A DNA stretch of 64,000 nucleotides from Zygnema circumcarinatum SAG 698-1b. Lineage: Eukaryota > Plantae > Zygnematophyceae. Under the pieces are notes generated by a model that ran no database searches, had not been told where the DNA came from, and saw only the letters and a program-made list of their open reading frames with translations. Location: the NCBI GenBank assembly GCA_037447605.1, contig CM074808.1, positions 372,001 through 436,000 of the forward strand, in the 5' to 3' direction. Made by a program: the position numbers and the translations under genes. Below, in pieces: positions 1 to 12,000 of this stretch (its first letter is position 1; the number at the start of each line of letters is the position of its first letter).

Positions 1-152
1 TCCCCACCTCTCTCCTCTCCTTCTCTCTCCCCCCTCTCTCTATCCCTCCCTCTTTCTCTCGCCCCTCTCTCTCCCTCCTCTCCCTCTCCCTCCACCCTCC
101 CCTCGTAGCCAAGTCTCTCCCTCCTTTTCCTCCCTCTATGTACCGCCCCCAG

Positions 153-1641
153 GTTTGCAGCAGCGCGTGTTGGGCCTCTCGGAGGAGGCCGCCCTCTCTG
201 TGAGGGCGGAGGGGGGAGGAGCGCTGTGCCGGAAACTGCTCAATAGGAGGAATGCGGGGGCTGACGTCAGCCCTAAAGATCTGCGGGGGCTGGCGGGGAT
301 GTGCGGCCGCTTGGGAATCACACACGTGCGTATCATTGAAAAAAAAAAAATCCGAGCTGTTTTGAGTTTTTTTTTTTTTGTTTCTTTTTAGTGGGTTCTA
401 ATTTGGGATCTAGTTTGGATTCTCTTTTTTCTTTTTTTCGATTAATGGAGGTTTACTGCTCTGTTTTTTTTTAGATTTTGGGATTTGTTTATTGGGGTGT
501 TTTCAACTAGATGAGGAGTTTTGAAGCGGGAGAAAGAAGGAGCACGGACTTGATCTTTGAATAGTTATGCTTACGAGTGAGGGGGAGAAGCTTTCTTTTT
601 CTTATTTTTCCTAACTGTATCGCTCCATTGTATATGCTGAAGCAGGTGGCGGGAGTAGACGTGAGAGATCGTCTCTTCCTTCTTCGGAGGGCCCTTCAAG
701 CAGCACTCGACTCTCCCACCTTCACTCAAAGTGAGTCCTATTCAATGCTTGACCACAATTTCAACCTATTAGGCGAGAAAAGAAACAAACTTTCCGGATT
801 CCCATTCTTGTTCACACACCCTCTCCATTCAACCCTTTCTTCTCCTTCTTCTTTCTACTTTCTCTTTCTCCTTTCTCCTTTTTCTTCTCTGCAGGCTCCC
901 CCGCTGAAGCAGCCTTCGAGGGAGAACAAATGGTAGCAATTCTCCAACGAGCCTTTAACCTTCCTCCCAACGAGGTAGAAGTGGTCCATGTGGTAGTGGT
1001 AGGGAGTGCTGCCTCCTCCTCTCTCCTGCAAGCGAGAGCCTCTCTCCAGAGAGGGCAGAGAGAGGAGGCAATGGAAGATATGGGGAGGCTCGGACTCGCT
1101 CTCGGACTCCTTCCAAAGAGGCCCGAACCGGTTCAAGGTGTGAACACCTCCCAAAGTCCACAAAACGATAGGCTCACTTTTCATGCATGCATGAACCATG
1201 GGAGAAAAAAAAGAAGAGAGAGAGAGGAGAGAGAGAAGGAGAGAGAGTTGGGAGAGAGTTGGGAGTTTGTTGGGGTCGCTAGGCTTTCTAGGGTTTCTTT
1301 TTTTTGAGGTTTTTAGCTGTTTGGGGGAATTCGGAGATTTGGGGGCTCTTAGATTTTTGGAGTTTTTTCAGATTTTAGGCTCGTTTTTTTGCCTTTTGGG
1401 TCTTTCGGGGTTTGTTAGAGGGTGGGGTTCATGACTCATGGGTCGTTTTCGGATGGTGGGGGGTTCAGATGTGACGTCACGTGTGGGATCGGAGGAGGAG
1501 GCGGCGGAGCTCTATGGTTTGTATGTGAGCGGATTCGGAAGATGGGGGGAGGGAGAGGCGAGTCTGCAGCAAATTCGGTACCAAGAAATGGAGGGAGAGA
1601 TTCTGGAACGGGTCAGGATATATCTCGGTGTGGAAGGCTGA
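153..1641 (+). CDS. 3' part of a spliced gene running in from the left edge; divergent Tic110-like helical protein
   Basis: GT-AG exons 153-325, 646-730, 895-1137 and 1469-1641 join in frame (phases 0,1,1) to give ...LGLSEEAALSVRAEGGGALCRKLL...RDRLFLLRRALQAAL...FEGEQMVAILQRAFNL...SSSLLQARASLQRG...SEEEAAELYGLYV...ILERVRIYLGVEG*. The motif order parallels the Tic110 C-terminus (REKLF / SNSLVQAVALLRQ / SEELSDLYAIY / RLQYLLG). The gene model is solid; the family call is tentative. Confidence 0.5.
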
Positions 1642-2658
1642 GAAATATCGCGGTATATCGGGCAAGATGCGATATATCGCGGTGGAACAAGAACGGAAGC
1701 TCTGTAGTCGTTTTTATGTGGAGAGCAGTTGAGAAATTTCACAAGCGGTTAAATTTTGTGCATAGAATCACGCGGTTTTGGAGGGAGGGGGGGGGGGGGA
1801 CTTGTTCTGGGATTGAAGGAGGGGGTTTGGATGTACAGCGAGGGTTCAGGGTTTGAGGCGAGAGCTTTTGTAAAGGGAGAGAGCTTGTAAACTTTAGATT
1901 CCATTATGGCGAATGATTTTGGTTTACATATTTTAATTTCTTGACGATGTCTTGATGGCTCGGTGTTTCGTTTTTTAGTCAATGAACTAAATTCGTACCG
2001 AGGCACTTCAAGCAAAATTTCAACGGAAAAACCCATTAATACCTTTAATTAAATATTGGAAGCCCCTTGAGGTCCCGTAGGACAAAGTAGAGGGAGGAAA
2101 CAATTGTCGTCGTGGGACTTTGAAGGGAATATTTTTTTTTTATGCATCACATTCACATTTCGCTTCATCTGGTTACTTTGTTTTAGAAAAGAGTGTATTA
2201 TGGAATGTAGGGTGATAAGCTTTCCCACTATTTTTGTTAACTAATGTTTTTAATTTTTCATCCTCTTGTCGTAATAAAGCATCATCAAGTCAAGAGTTAT
2301 GTCTGACCAATTGAAATTGTGAGGCCAAAAGTGCATTAGGAGAGAAAGAGTGCAGGATGGCAAGTCGAGGGAAAGGGAGAGGTAACGAGAGACGAGAGGG
2401 AGAGGGAGGGTGGGAGACCGGGGGATGCGAGAGAGAGAGGGAAAGGGGAAAGAGAGGGAGAAAAAGGAAAGAGAGGAAGAGGAAAGAAAGAGTGTGGGAG
2501 TGTGTGTGTCCCGTATTTTTCTGCCTTTGGCGGGCCTTTCTGCGGGCCGGGCTGCCAATCAATGTGCTCGAACTCAGCTGCGTGACGTGACAGTCGCTAG
2601 ACGCGCTACGCAGACGAGGTTTTTTTTTTTCAAAGTCGTACGCAGCCAATCAGAGGGG

Positions 2659-2695
2659 GTCCATCGATTGCGAGGACTCCTCGCAATCGATGGAC
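2659..2695. repeat. Perfect 18-bp inverted repeat with 1-nt spacer
   Basis: GTCCATCGATTGCGAGGA-C-TCCTCGCAATCGATGGAC read directly. Confidence 0.95.
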
Positions 2696-3342
2696 ACAGG
2701 ATCACAGGTGTCCCACCGAGGGACACTGTGCGGACGCGGTAAGGGCACGGAGGTGGGGGGTAGAGACACACCGCCGTCGCACGGTGACCAATGAGATCGG
2801 CGCCACGGTGGTGGAAATTTTTCGATTTAGGGCATCTTGGCAGAGGGGGCAATTCTGGAACCGACGCGATATAAAGCGGTATGAAAGTATTGGATATATC
2901 GCGATCTTACAGCGCTCAATATATTCCGGTTTGGAGGAATGCGTAATATATCTCTATGTTGTAAAAATCAATATAGCGATATATCGCATTGGAAGGCTAC
3001 GTGATATTATTCGAAGCCCTTCCGGCGAATCACAGGCTGCCACGTGCTGGAGGCTCCACGTGGCAAAGGGCCCTTTCCAGACCATTCTCCTCTCCACCTG
3101 CCTCTCTCTCTCTCTCCCTCTGTTATGTGTGTGAGGCAGAGAGAGGGGAGGGAGAGGACAGGCTTGTCTGGCAGCCGCGGATGCTCTCCGTCCCCTTAAA
3201 ATTTGCGCCTTTCTGTACGCGAGAGTGTTGAAACCATAAATGCGCAAAGGCACGAAAGTATCACCATTACAACCCCACCGCCCATTGTTCTATTTCTCCA
3301 GCCCTCCCACCTCCCCCTCTCCTCCTCCTCCCCCTCCGCCCC

Positions 3343-4671
3343 ATGGAGGGAAGCACAGAGAGAGCCAAGCTCCAGGCGGGCGTTCAAGCTCTCCGGCGGT
3401 CAGCAGAAAGTTTGAGCTCTGCTCTGACCTCTGCCCGAGAAAACTTCTCAGAGAGAATTAAATCCTATCTAAATGTGCTAAATAAATTACAGAGCAATCC
3501 AGATAGGGTGAAAAATCCAAAGACTTCGCCGCTTTCAAGTGGGTCTGGTGGGCGGGAGGCGGCCATGGCGAGGGAGAGAGAGAGGGGAGGTAGTGGGGTG
3601 GGAGAGAGAGGGCGGAGGAGAGTGTACGGAAATGCGGAGGTGAAGGTGGAGAGGCTCTATGTAGCGGACGCTCACAAATTGGTTCCGAGAATTTACACTT
3701 TTGGGTAAGGAAGGGAGGGAGTGAGGGGGGGAGGGAGAGAGAAAGACATGGAGAGAGAGACTGAGAGGGAAGTGGGGTGAGGCAGAGTGAAGAGGAGCAA
3801 CTGACAGAGAGACCAGTTTGGAACTGGGAGGGGAGAGAAGGTGTTGTGGGAGAGCGTAAAGGAGAGTCGAGAGAGAGAGGGAGAGAGAGAGAGCGGCACT
3901 GAGCGGCTCTCATTTGCTGGTGCTGTTTAAAAGTCGCCCTAACTTTTCCAATGGATGTTTTCTCGATAATCCGAAAGCCAACCAACTAACCAACCAACCC
4001 TTAATACCATCCCTTGCAGGTATGACTTCAAGAACTGGAATGAGTACTGGGCAATTCTTAACACTGGAGAACTATATTTCGGTCTGCCCCCCGGAGACTT
4101 TCACAATTTTGACTATGAGACGGAGCGGCGGGAGAACCCACATCGATTCCGCCCTTATAAGTTGGATAAAAATCTCATTTCTGGGTTTGAATATAATGGC
4201 AGGGAGATCTCTTTTGAATTAGGGCAAGAGTCTGTGGCTGTAGACAGCGGCACCATTTTTAAACGTGTGGATCCATGCACGAATTTTCGGTTTAACGGAG
4301 TTTTTCGCCATGAAGCTTACGCAGATGCCGTCGAAAGCGCTAATGCAAACGGTTTACCGGGTCAAACCACGTTCCAATTTTCAGAAGATGGAAATTTTAA
4401 GGTTAAGGGATGTAGCTCAGGAAGGTGCTTATTGCCGAGACCTCATGCGTGGGAGCTGAGGGAGAGAGGGAGGCGCATTGAGAGCCGCGGATACGATGCG
4501 GGTGTAGAGAGAGAGGGGCTTTATCACATATTGGAGAATAAAATTGAGCTGGAATATAGCGATGGGAGCGTTGAAAGGGCCTTCTTCTTTCGGTATCCGG
4601 GCGATGAGGCACATATTCTGAGCATCAATGGAGTTAACTATTTTAAGCAGGAGGGTTGTAACTATGGGTAA
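3343..4671 (+). CDS. Two-exon gene (~337 aa), unknown function, bacterial-like beta-rich domain
   Basis: Exon 1 3343-3704 (ATG ... TTT GG|gtaagg), exon 2 4020-4671 (ttgcag|G TAT GAC...TAA). The join gives ...VERLYVADAHKLVPRIYTFGYDFKNWNEYWAILNTGELYFGLPPGDFHNFDYETERRENPHRFRPY...FNGVFRHEAY...TTFQFSEDGNF...GLYHILENKIELEYSDGSVERAFFFRYP...*. An alternative ATG lies at 3565. Confidence 0.8.
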
Positions 4672-5205
4672 TCAGTTCAGTTTCTTTCTTCTTGCTGATT
4701 ATGTATGCATGTATTCTATGTACGATGATGAACAGAAGCATAATAATTACAGCGATGTATGGTGATGTCAGGTGCTGAATTATAAGGATGACTACCCTAA
4801 ACCCTAATCCTTAAATCCTAACCCGCGCAGTGATGGCATGACGGTGGTTTTGACTTTCACAAAAGCCCTCCCTAAGTTACCAAACAATTTAGTATTTTAA
4901 ATCATAAAAAGATTAAGTTGTTCACAGTGTTGGGCTGCCAACCATGCCGAAGCTCAACACCATGAGGCCATGCCCCTTGGCATGATGCACCACCACCCCA
5001 CCCCATGCCATGTCACGTCACGTTGTGTCACGTCACATCCCATTCACATTCACAGGGCGCAATAGTCCGCAGCTTCTCAAGATGAGGACGGACGCGCCAT
5101 TTACAGACAGCCTCATGCATGCATGCATGTATGTATGCATGCAGGCATGCATGGGTCAAGCAGAAACCACTCGGAAAAAAGCGACCTGCTATGTTAGGGT
5201 TGAAG

Positions 5206-7503
5206 TTAGGGCTGCCAAAGCTTGAGAGTGCTGTCCTCGCTGAAGGTCGCGAGAAGGTTCCGATGGGGATGATGGGTCACGCCGATCACATCCTTGTCAT
5301 GCACCTGCATGCAACAAAAAGGGGGTTCGAAAAAAAATAGGGTTTGGGAGATGATATGGAAGCTTTCGGAGTCCGAGATACGAAAAAAAAGAAATGGGGT
5401 CTTTTCATCAACTCGATATACGAATGCGTGGCTTAGATTTTCCAGCGCCTTTTATTTTTGTTTCAAGTTTCCAAATTTTTTTTAGGAAAAGTGACTTACA
5501 TTCATGAGATGTTCGAGCTTCCCGGATTGATACCCAAAGCAGTACAAATTTCTGTTACATAAATCCCCACCGTCAAAACACACGGCAGAGAGCTCAAAAG
5601 ACTTAAAAAAAAACTGAAAAAGGGCTGTACGGGTTTAGGGCAAGAAACAAAATATAGCTTCTTAAAAAAAATAGGGTTCAGAAGTTGGTCCAATGGAAGC
5701 TGCACACCTGTCCTCTCCCACGCAATAGATCCAATCTCCTTTTGGAGATAGGCACGCCCCGACAAAATCTCCTCCTTCTCTCTTACCCGAAGAAAAACTT
5801 TTCACCACCTGACCGCATATAATTCAACCACCCAAAATCAATCTTGAAAATAAACTACTCCTTTCCTCCCACCCCTTTTTTACCCATTCCAAGTATAATG
5901 AGTTTTAGGGGCTTTTAGGGTTTTTAGGGTTTTTAATATGTGCCATATTGAAGCGTTAGTTCTTTAGTTGAAGTTCCCTTACATCTCCTTTTCTTCGGGC
6001 AGGAAAAGAAAAAAAGAAAAAAATAGGGTTACCTGCCCTTGATAAGTCATCACATATATCGTCGATGATCGATTGCATACAACAATTTGATCGATATTTT
6101 TGGGCAGAGCCATAACGGAATTCACAGATGCGTCTCCTCCCTATATCCCAAAACAGAGAACCGAAAAGACAACAATAATAATTGCATACTGATCCCTTTA
6201 ATAAATTCCTCCCTCCATCCCACCCTATCGTCTCCATCCCTACGCTCCTCCTCTCCACTCCTCTGCTCTCTCTCTCTCTCTCTCTTCGCCTTTCCTCCAG
6301 CCCTTATCTTCACTTCCCCCCCTTCTTCTCTCCCCCTCTCCTTCCTCTCCTTCTCTCCTCCCCCCTTCCCTCCTCACTCCCGCTTCCCTCCTCTCTCTCT
6401 CTCTCTCTTCTCCTTTCCTCCAGCCCTTCTCCTCTTCCTCCTCTCTCTCTTCCCTCCCTCACACTTCCCTCCCTTCTTCTCTCCTCCCTCTCCTTCCTCT
6501 CCTTCTCTCCTCCCCCCTTCCCTCACTCCCGCTTCTCTCATCTCTCCCACCCTCTCTCTCCGAGAATCACCGAATGCCACAGACCGCATTCGAATAGGGT
6601 TTGAAAATGCCAAAAGCGAAGCATCAAGACTTCCTTGGAAATGCCTTCACTCGAAACCTAAAAAAAAAAAAAAAACTCGAAATCTAATCTGAGGAAATGT
6701 TTTGAGCATTGGGACTTTTAGGGTGTGCGCTTACTCGAAGGGGCGGCGGAGGTTTGAACGTTTGTAAACAATCTTGTGACTTGGCATCCCAAACCTGCAC
6801 ATAACATAGGAAGTAGAGAGAGAGAGCGGGAGAGAGAGAGAGAGAGAAAAATAAGAACCACACATTTAACTTCAAAAGAAAAGGGTGCGAAAATTTTACA
6901 GAAATTGGCAGTCATTGTCTCTCTCTCTCTCCACTCTCTCCCACTCTCTCTTCCTCTCTCACCTTCACACTCCCATCACTTGACGCTGTCACGACGCGCA
7001 GTCCGTCCGAAGAAAAGATGACATTATTCACATATGAAGTGTGCCCACGGAACTCCTTCAAAGTTTTTCCTGACTTCAGGCCATGAATCCTGTCATTCAC
7101 AAGAAAAAAAAAAGGGGGGGAGGTCACAAAAAATCACAACGGAAAAATCATATTTCACCTGAAACCGTTTCAATGATACAAATGATGTTGCGGAGTGAGG
7201 CACGTAGAAGCAAGATTAACAAGGAAACAAAAAGGCAGAATGAGTTGTATTGTAGGAAGAGTTAGAGAAGGTTGAAGGGGGAGGGAGAGGGGGTTGAGAG
7301 AGCGTCTCGTGAAGTAAAAACGAAGGCGAGAGAAAGAGGGGGCGAGGGAGAGAGTAGGGAAGGTAAGAGAGGGGAAGGAGTTCAGTTGGAGGCAGGGAAA
7401 GAGAGAGAGGGAGGGAGAGACAGAAAAAGAGAGAGAAAGGGAGAGAGAGGGCGAGAAAAGGAGAGAGAGAGAGAGAAAAAGAGAGCGAGAGAGAGAGAGA
7501 AAA

Positions 7504-7539
<36 letters not shown>

Positions 7540-9001
7540 CGAGAAAAGGAGAGAGAGAGAGAGAGAGAGAGCGCATGGGTGCCTACTTTGCGGTTCCGTC
7601 AAAGGAGCAGCTCAACAGTTGGCTTCCGTCCCTTGAAAACGTGACACTTGTCACGCCCTGCGAGTGCGCCTTCTCAAAGCGGCGGAGACACTGGCCTGTA
7701 CGGACGCGCCAAACCTGCGGGCAGGGGGGAAATTTTTTTTTTTTTGTTTTTTTTTTACATGGCTTACTCTCTCTACCGTTTGGCTTTTGGGTCCATTTTT
7801 AGCTACTCCAAAAACGTACGAAACAGCGAGAATTGAGGGGCGCGGTTTTACCAGAAACGTGGTTTGGGGTTTAAAGTTGAACATGGTTAGGCTCCTCTCT
7901 CTCTATTACACTCTCTCTCCCCCACTCTATCACTCCCACTATCACTCCCTCTCTATCTCTACCACTCTCTCTCCCACTCTCTCTTCACTCTCTCTCTCCC
8001 ACTCTCTCACTACCCCTCTATCTCGCCCACTTTCTCACCCACTCACTCATCCCTTTCAAACCTTTCACTACACGGAACCCCTTTTACTTATTTTCTCAGT
8101 TTTTCATTCAAAAGGGGACTCGAAATTTACCTTCACTTTCCCGTCCTGCGAGCCGGAAGCGAGCAGTTCGCTGTCACGGCTCCACGCAACGCATAGAACA
8201 GCGTCCTCGTGCATCATGAATGCATCCTGAAATTTTCACATTGTTTCAAAATCTCATTATAATATTGCATCATGTTTTGGTCCAGTTTCCCAACTACATC
8301 CCTTTTTCTTTTGCAGGTAGTGACAGACAGAGCAAGAAAGAGAGAGAGAGAGAGAGAGAGACAGAGGGAGAGAGAGACAGAGAGAGAGAGGGAGAGAGAC
8401 AGCGAGAGAGAGGGAGAGAGACAGAGAGTGAGGGGGAGAGAGACAGAGAGAGAGATGTACTATTACTTAGAAATGAATCGGCAAGCATGAGAGAGAAGGG
8501 GGGAACTCACATCCGCTTGATATTGAAGGTCTAATTTCAGCTTTCCGCTCAAATAATCCCATATCTGCCTCGCATTGAAAACATAACTTTTTTTAGCGAA
8601 TGTCCCATCGATAGTAGTAGAGCTAAGTTTTGGAACCTTTGAAGTTCCAAGAATCTTTCTAACATGAGGCTAAATATAATTTGGAATATCAGATACATAT
8701 AGATGAGATAGACATAGACGTAAACTTTATCGGAAAAAAAGAAAACGATACATTATTATGTGTTAAAAATTGCACCTCAATGAATCCGTCGACAGAGGAG
8801 GAGGCGAGGTATTGCCCATCGAGGGAGAATTGTGCGCTTTCAGGATGACTCTTTTTGCCGAACTGCGAACCGTTAAGAAAGAAACTCAGAACTTACAAAC
8901 ACAAATTTCCTTAAAGCAAAAAACAGTTAAAAAGTCCCTCAAGTTCCTTAAGAATAAATCAGCTGGCGGCAGAGATTCTACGTTCACACTGGGCAATCAG
9001 T

Positions 9002-9040
<39 letters not shown>

Positions 9041-12000
9041 GACAAACAGATCGAGAAAGTGAGTGAAGGAAGAGGTGAAAAATTATGAAAGACACGAGAG
9101 AGAAGAGAGAGAATAAGGAGAAAGAGTGAGACAGCAAGAGAGGCGGGAGGGAGAGAGAGAAAGGAGGGAGGGAGAGAGGGGAAGAGTCGAGAAACATGAG
9201 TGGGCCAAGAGAGAATAGAGAAGAAAGAGAAACGGGTGAGTCAGAGAGGGAAAAGGGGGGGTAGAGAAAAAGAGAGGGAGAGAGAGAGAGAGAGGGAGGG
9301 AGAGAGGACCTTGATGGAGTGCAGTAGCTGCGTGGGATACATCTCCTCCTCATCTGCTTTAACTGCTGCCGTTCCGCGGAACAGATCGAACTGCGTGCCA
9401 GGTGGCAGGAGCCCTGCATCATGCAACATTAGGGTTTGCAATTTCAGCAATTTTAGACATGAATTTCCTATTGGGGCTTCCTATGTTCAGTTAGGCTTTC
9501 CATGCTTCTAAAATCCGTCGGAAAGGAATAGGTGTTCGAGAGAGAGAGAAACAGAGAGAGAGGGGAAGAGAGAAAGGGAGAGTGAGAGAGGGAGGGAGAG
9601 AGAGAGGGGAAGAGAGAAAGGGAGAGTGAGAGAGGGAGGGAGAGAGAAAGAGGGGAAAAGAGGATGGGAGAGTGAGAGAGGGAGGGGGGGAGAGAGAGAG
9701 AGAGAGGAAGCGAGAAAGGGAGAGGGAGGGAGGGAGGGAGAGAGAGAGAGGGTTTTGAACCTTGATGCTGCTGCCACTTCAAGGCCTGTCCGAGAAGCAC
9801 CATGAGTCGTGAAGGGGGGACAACTGTCACCTCTTGAGAAATGGCTGCAATACTCCAAAGGAAAAAAAATATACAATACAATACGTTAAGATACAAAAAA
9901 ATAGCTGAGAGCTTCCCCCTCCTCTTTCTCTTAGATAAATAGGTCAAGAGTCACCAGATGAACAGGAAAATTTTAACTAAATTTTTTGTTACGAAGCTTT
10001 TGAGGAATTTTCTAGGGCTAATCGACCAACTTAACGTTGAAATATTCGTGGAAGTAAAAGATTGGAAAGTTCTTAAGCTCACAAGTTCAGAAAAAATCTC
10101 ACCGTGGGCAATTTGAGCTCTCCTTTTCTCCTTGGTGGAGTCCTGATAAGCCTGAAATCCACCCAATCCGAACAGCCAATTCCAAACCCTAAAACTCAAT
10201 AAAACCCCTTCTCCTCCAAATTACAAAAAAAAAAAAAAACTTGAAACCTCACTCCTTCCGAGCAACTCTCACAACCCCAATTTCTTAAAAGATCCCATTT
10301 TTCAACCATTAGAAAGAAACATTAACCAAATAAACAGAGTTCACTCCTTGATACTTACCTCTTTTGGATCGAAGTATGTTCGCACAAGAAGATGTTCGAG
10401 TCGCAAGTATCGTTCGGGCTCTTCCTGTTTCATGATCGCCATTGCATGCGTTTGCCGCAAAACCGAGCGAGCAGTATCCAGCTCTCTCAGCTCGATCATC
10501 TCCAGCACAATCTGCATAAAGAATTTTCAAAAAAAAGAAAACAAAAAGAAAAAAAAAACAGGAATGGAAACAAATAGAAAACATCACACACCAAAGAAAG
10601 AAAATAGAAAGTAAAAGGGCTCATTGTTGACCGTGGACTATGTTAGTGGTTAGAAGGTAGAAAGGATTGCAATCTAGTCTTTTTCTGAATTCTTCTCTCT
10701 CCGACTCTCGCTTGTGCTCCTTCTCCCTATTTCTCACTTTATCCCTTCCACCCTCTCAATGTTGTTCCTCTCTCGCTCCTCCTCCCCCTCCCCTCCTCCC
10801 GATTCCCTCCCTCTCCACCCTCCCCCCTCCCCCCTCCCTCCCTCCCCATTGCCTCCCTCCCCCTCCCCCTCCCTCCCTCCCCATTGCCTCCCCCCCCCTC
10901 CCTTCCCCCTCCCCCCTTTCTCCCCCTTGCCTCCCCCTCCTCCCTCCCTCCCTCCTCCCTCCCTCCCCCCTCCCTCTCCTCCCTCCCTCCCTCCCTCCTC
11001 CCTCCCTCCCCCTTGCCTCCCTCTCACCCCTCCTCCCTCCCTCCCCCTCCCCCTCCCTCCCTCCCTCCCTCCCTCCTCCCTCCCCCTTCCCTCCCCTCCC
11101 CCTCCCTCCCCCCTCCCTCTCCTCCCTCCCTCCCTCCCTCCTCCCTCCCTCCCCCTTGCCTCCCTCCTCCACCCTCCTCCTCCCTCCCCCTCCCCCTCCC
11201 TCCCCCCTCCCTCTCCTCCCTCCTCCCCCTCCCCCCTCCCTCCCCCCTCCCTCCCCCTCCCTCCCCCCCTCCCCTCCCTCCTCCTCCTCCCTCCCTCCTC
11301 CCTCCTCCCTCCCCCCTTCCCTCCCCCCTCCCCCCCTCCCTCCCTCCCTCCCTCCCTCCTCCTCCTCCCTCCCCCTTCCCTCCCCCCTCCCTCCCTCCCC
11401 CTCCCTCCCTCTCCTCCCTCCCCCCCTCCCTCCCCCCCGTCCCCCACCTGTTCGTAGAGGTCCTGCAGCGCGGCCCGCGGCAGCGCGAGCGGCGCGAGGG
11501 CGGGCAGGAGCGCGTCCCACCTCCCCGCGAGCGCGTCCGCCCTCAGCGCCTCCGCGCTCTCGACCGCGTTCAGGGCGACGCCGCACTCCGCCTCCAGGGC
11601 CGCGCCCGTCTGCGCGAGCCCGTTCTCGCGGCAGAATTGGAGGACGATCTTCACCACGCTGGTAAACAAGGGGGGGGGAGGGTATATGGGAAATTAGGAG
11701 TGAAGGGGAAGTGGGAGGTCGGGGAGGTTATGAGGGGTGGGGACGATGCTGGAGAGAGTGAGAAGGAGGGGAGGGGGAGGGGAAGGGGGTGGATGCTTTA
11801 CGCTTCAGAACAGAGTTCTATGAAGGAGGGAAGAGGTCAAGGTGCAGGGGAAGGGGCGGGGAGGAGGGGAAGGGGAAGGGAGGGAAGGAGGGAGGGAGGG
11901 AGGGAGGGAGGGAGGGAGGGGAGGGAAGGAGGGAGGGGAGGGAAGGGAGGGAAGGAGGGAGGGAGGGAGGGAGGGAGGTAAGGAGGGGTCCACGGAAGGC

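Noticed and set aside
5113-5155. CATGCA (RY-element) run
   Set aside because: It lies in the 3' intergenic region and looks like an (ATGC/ATGT)n microsatellite.
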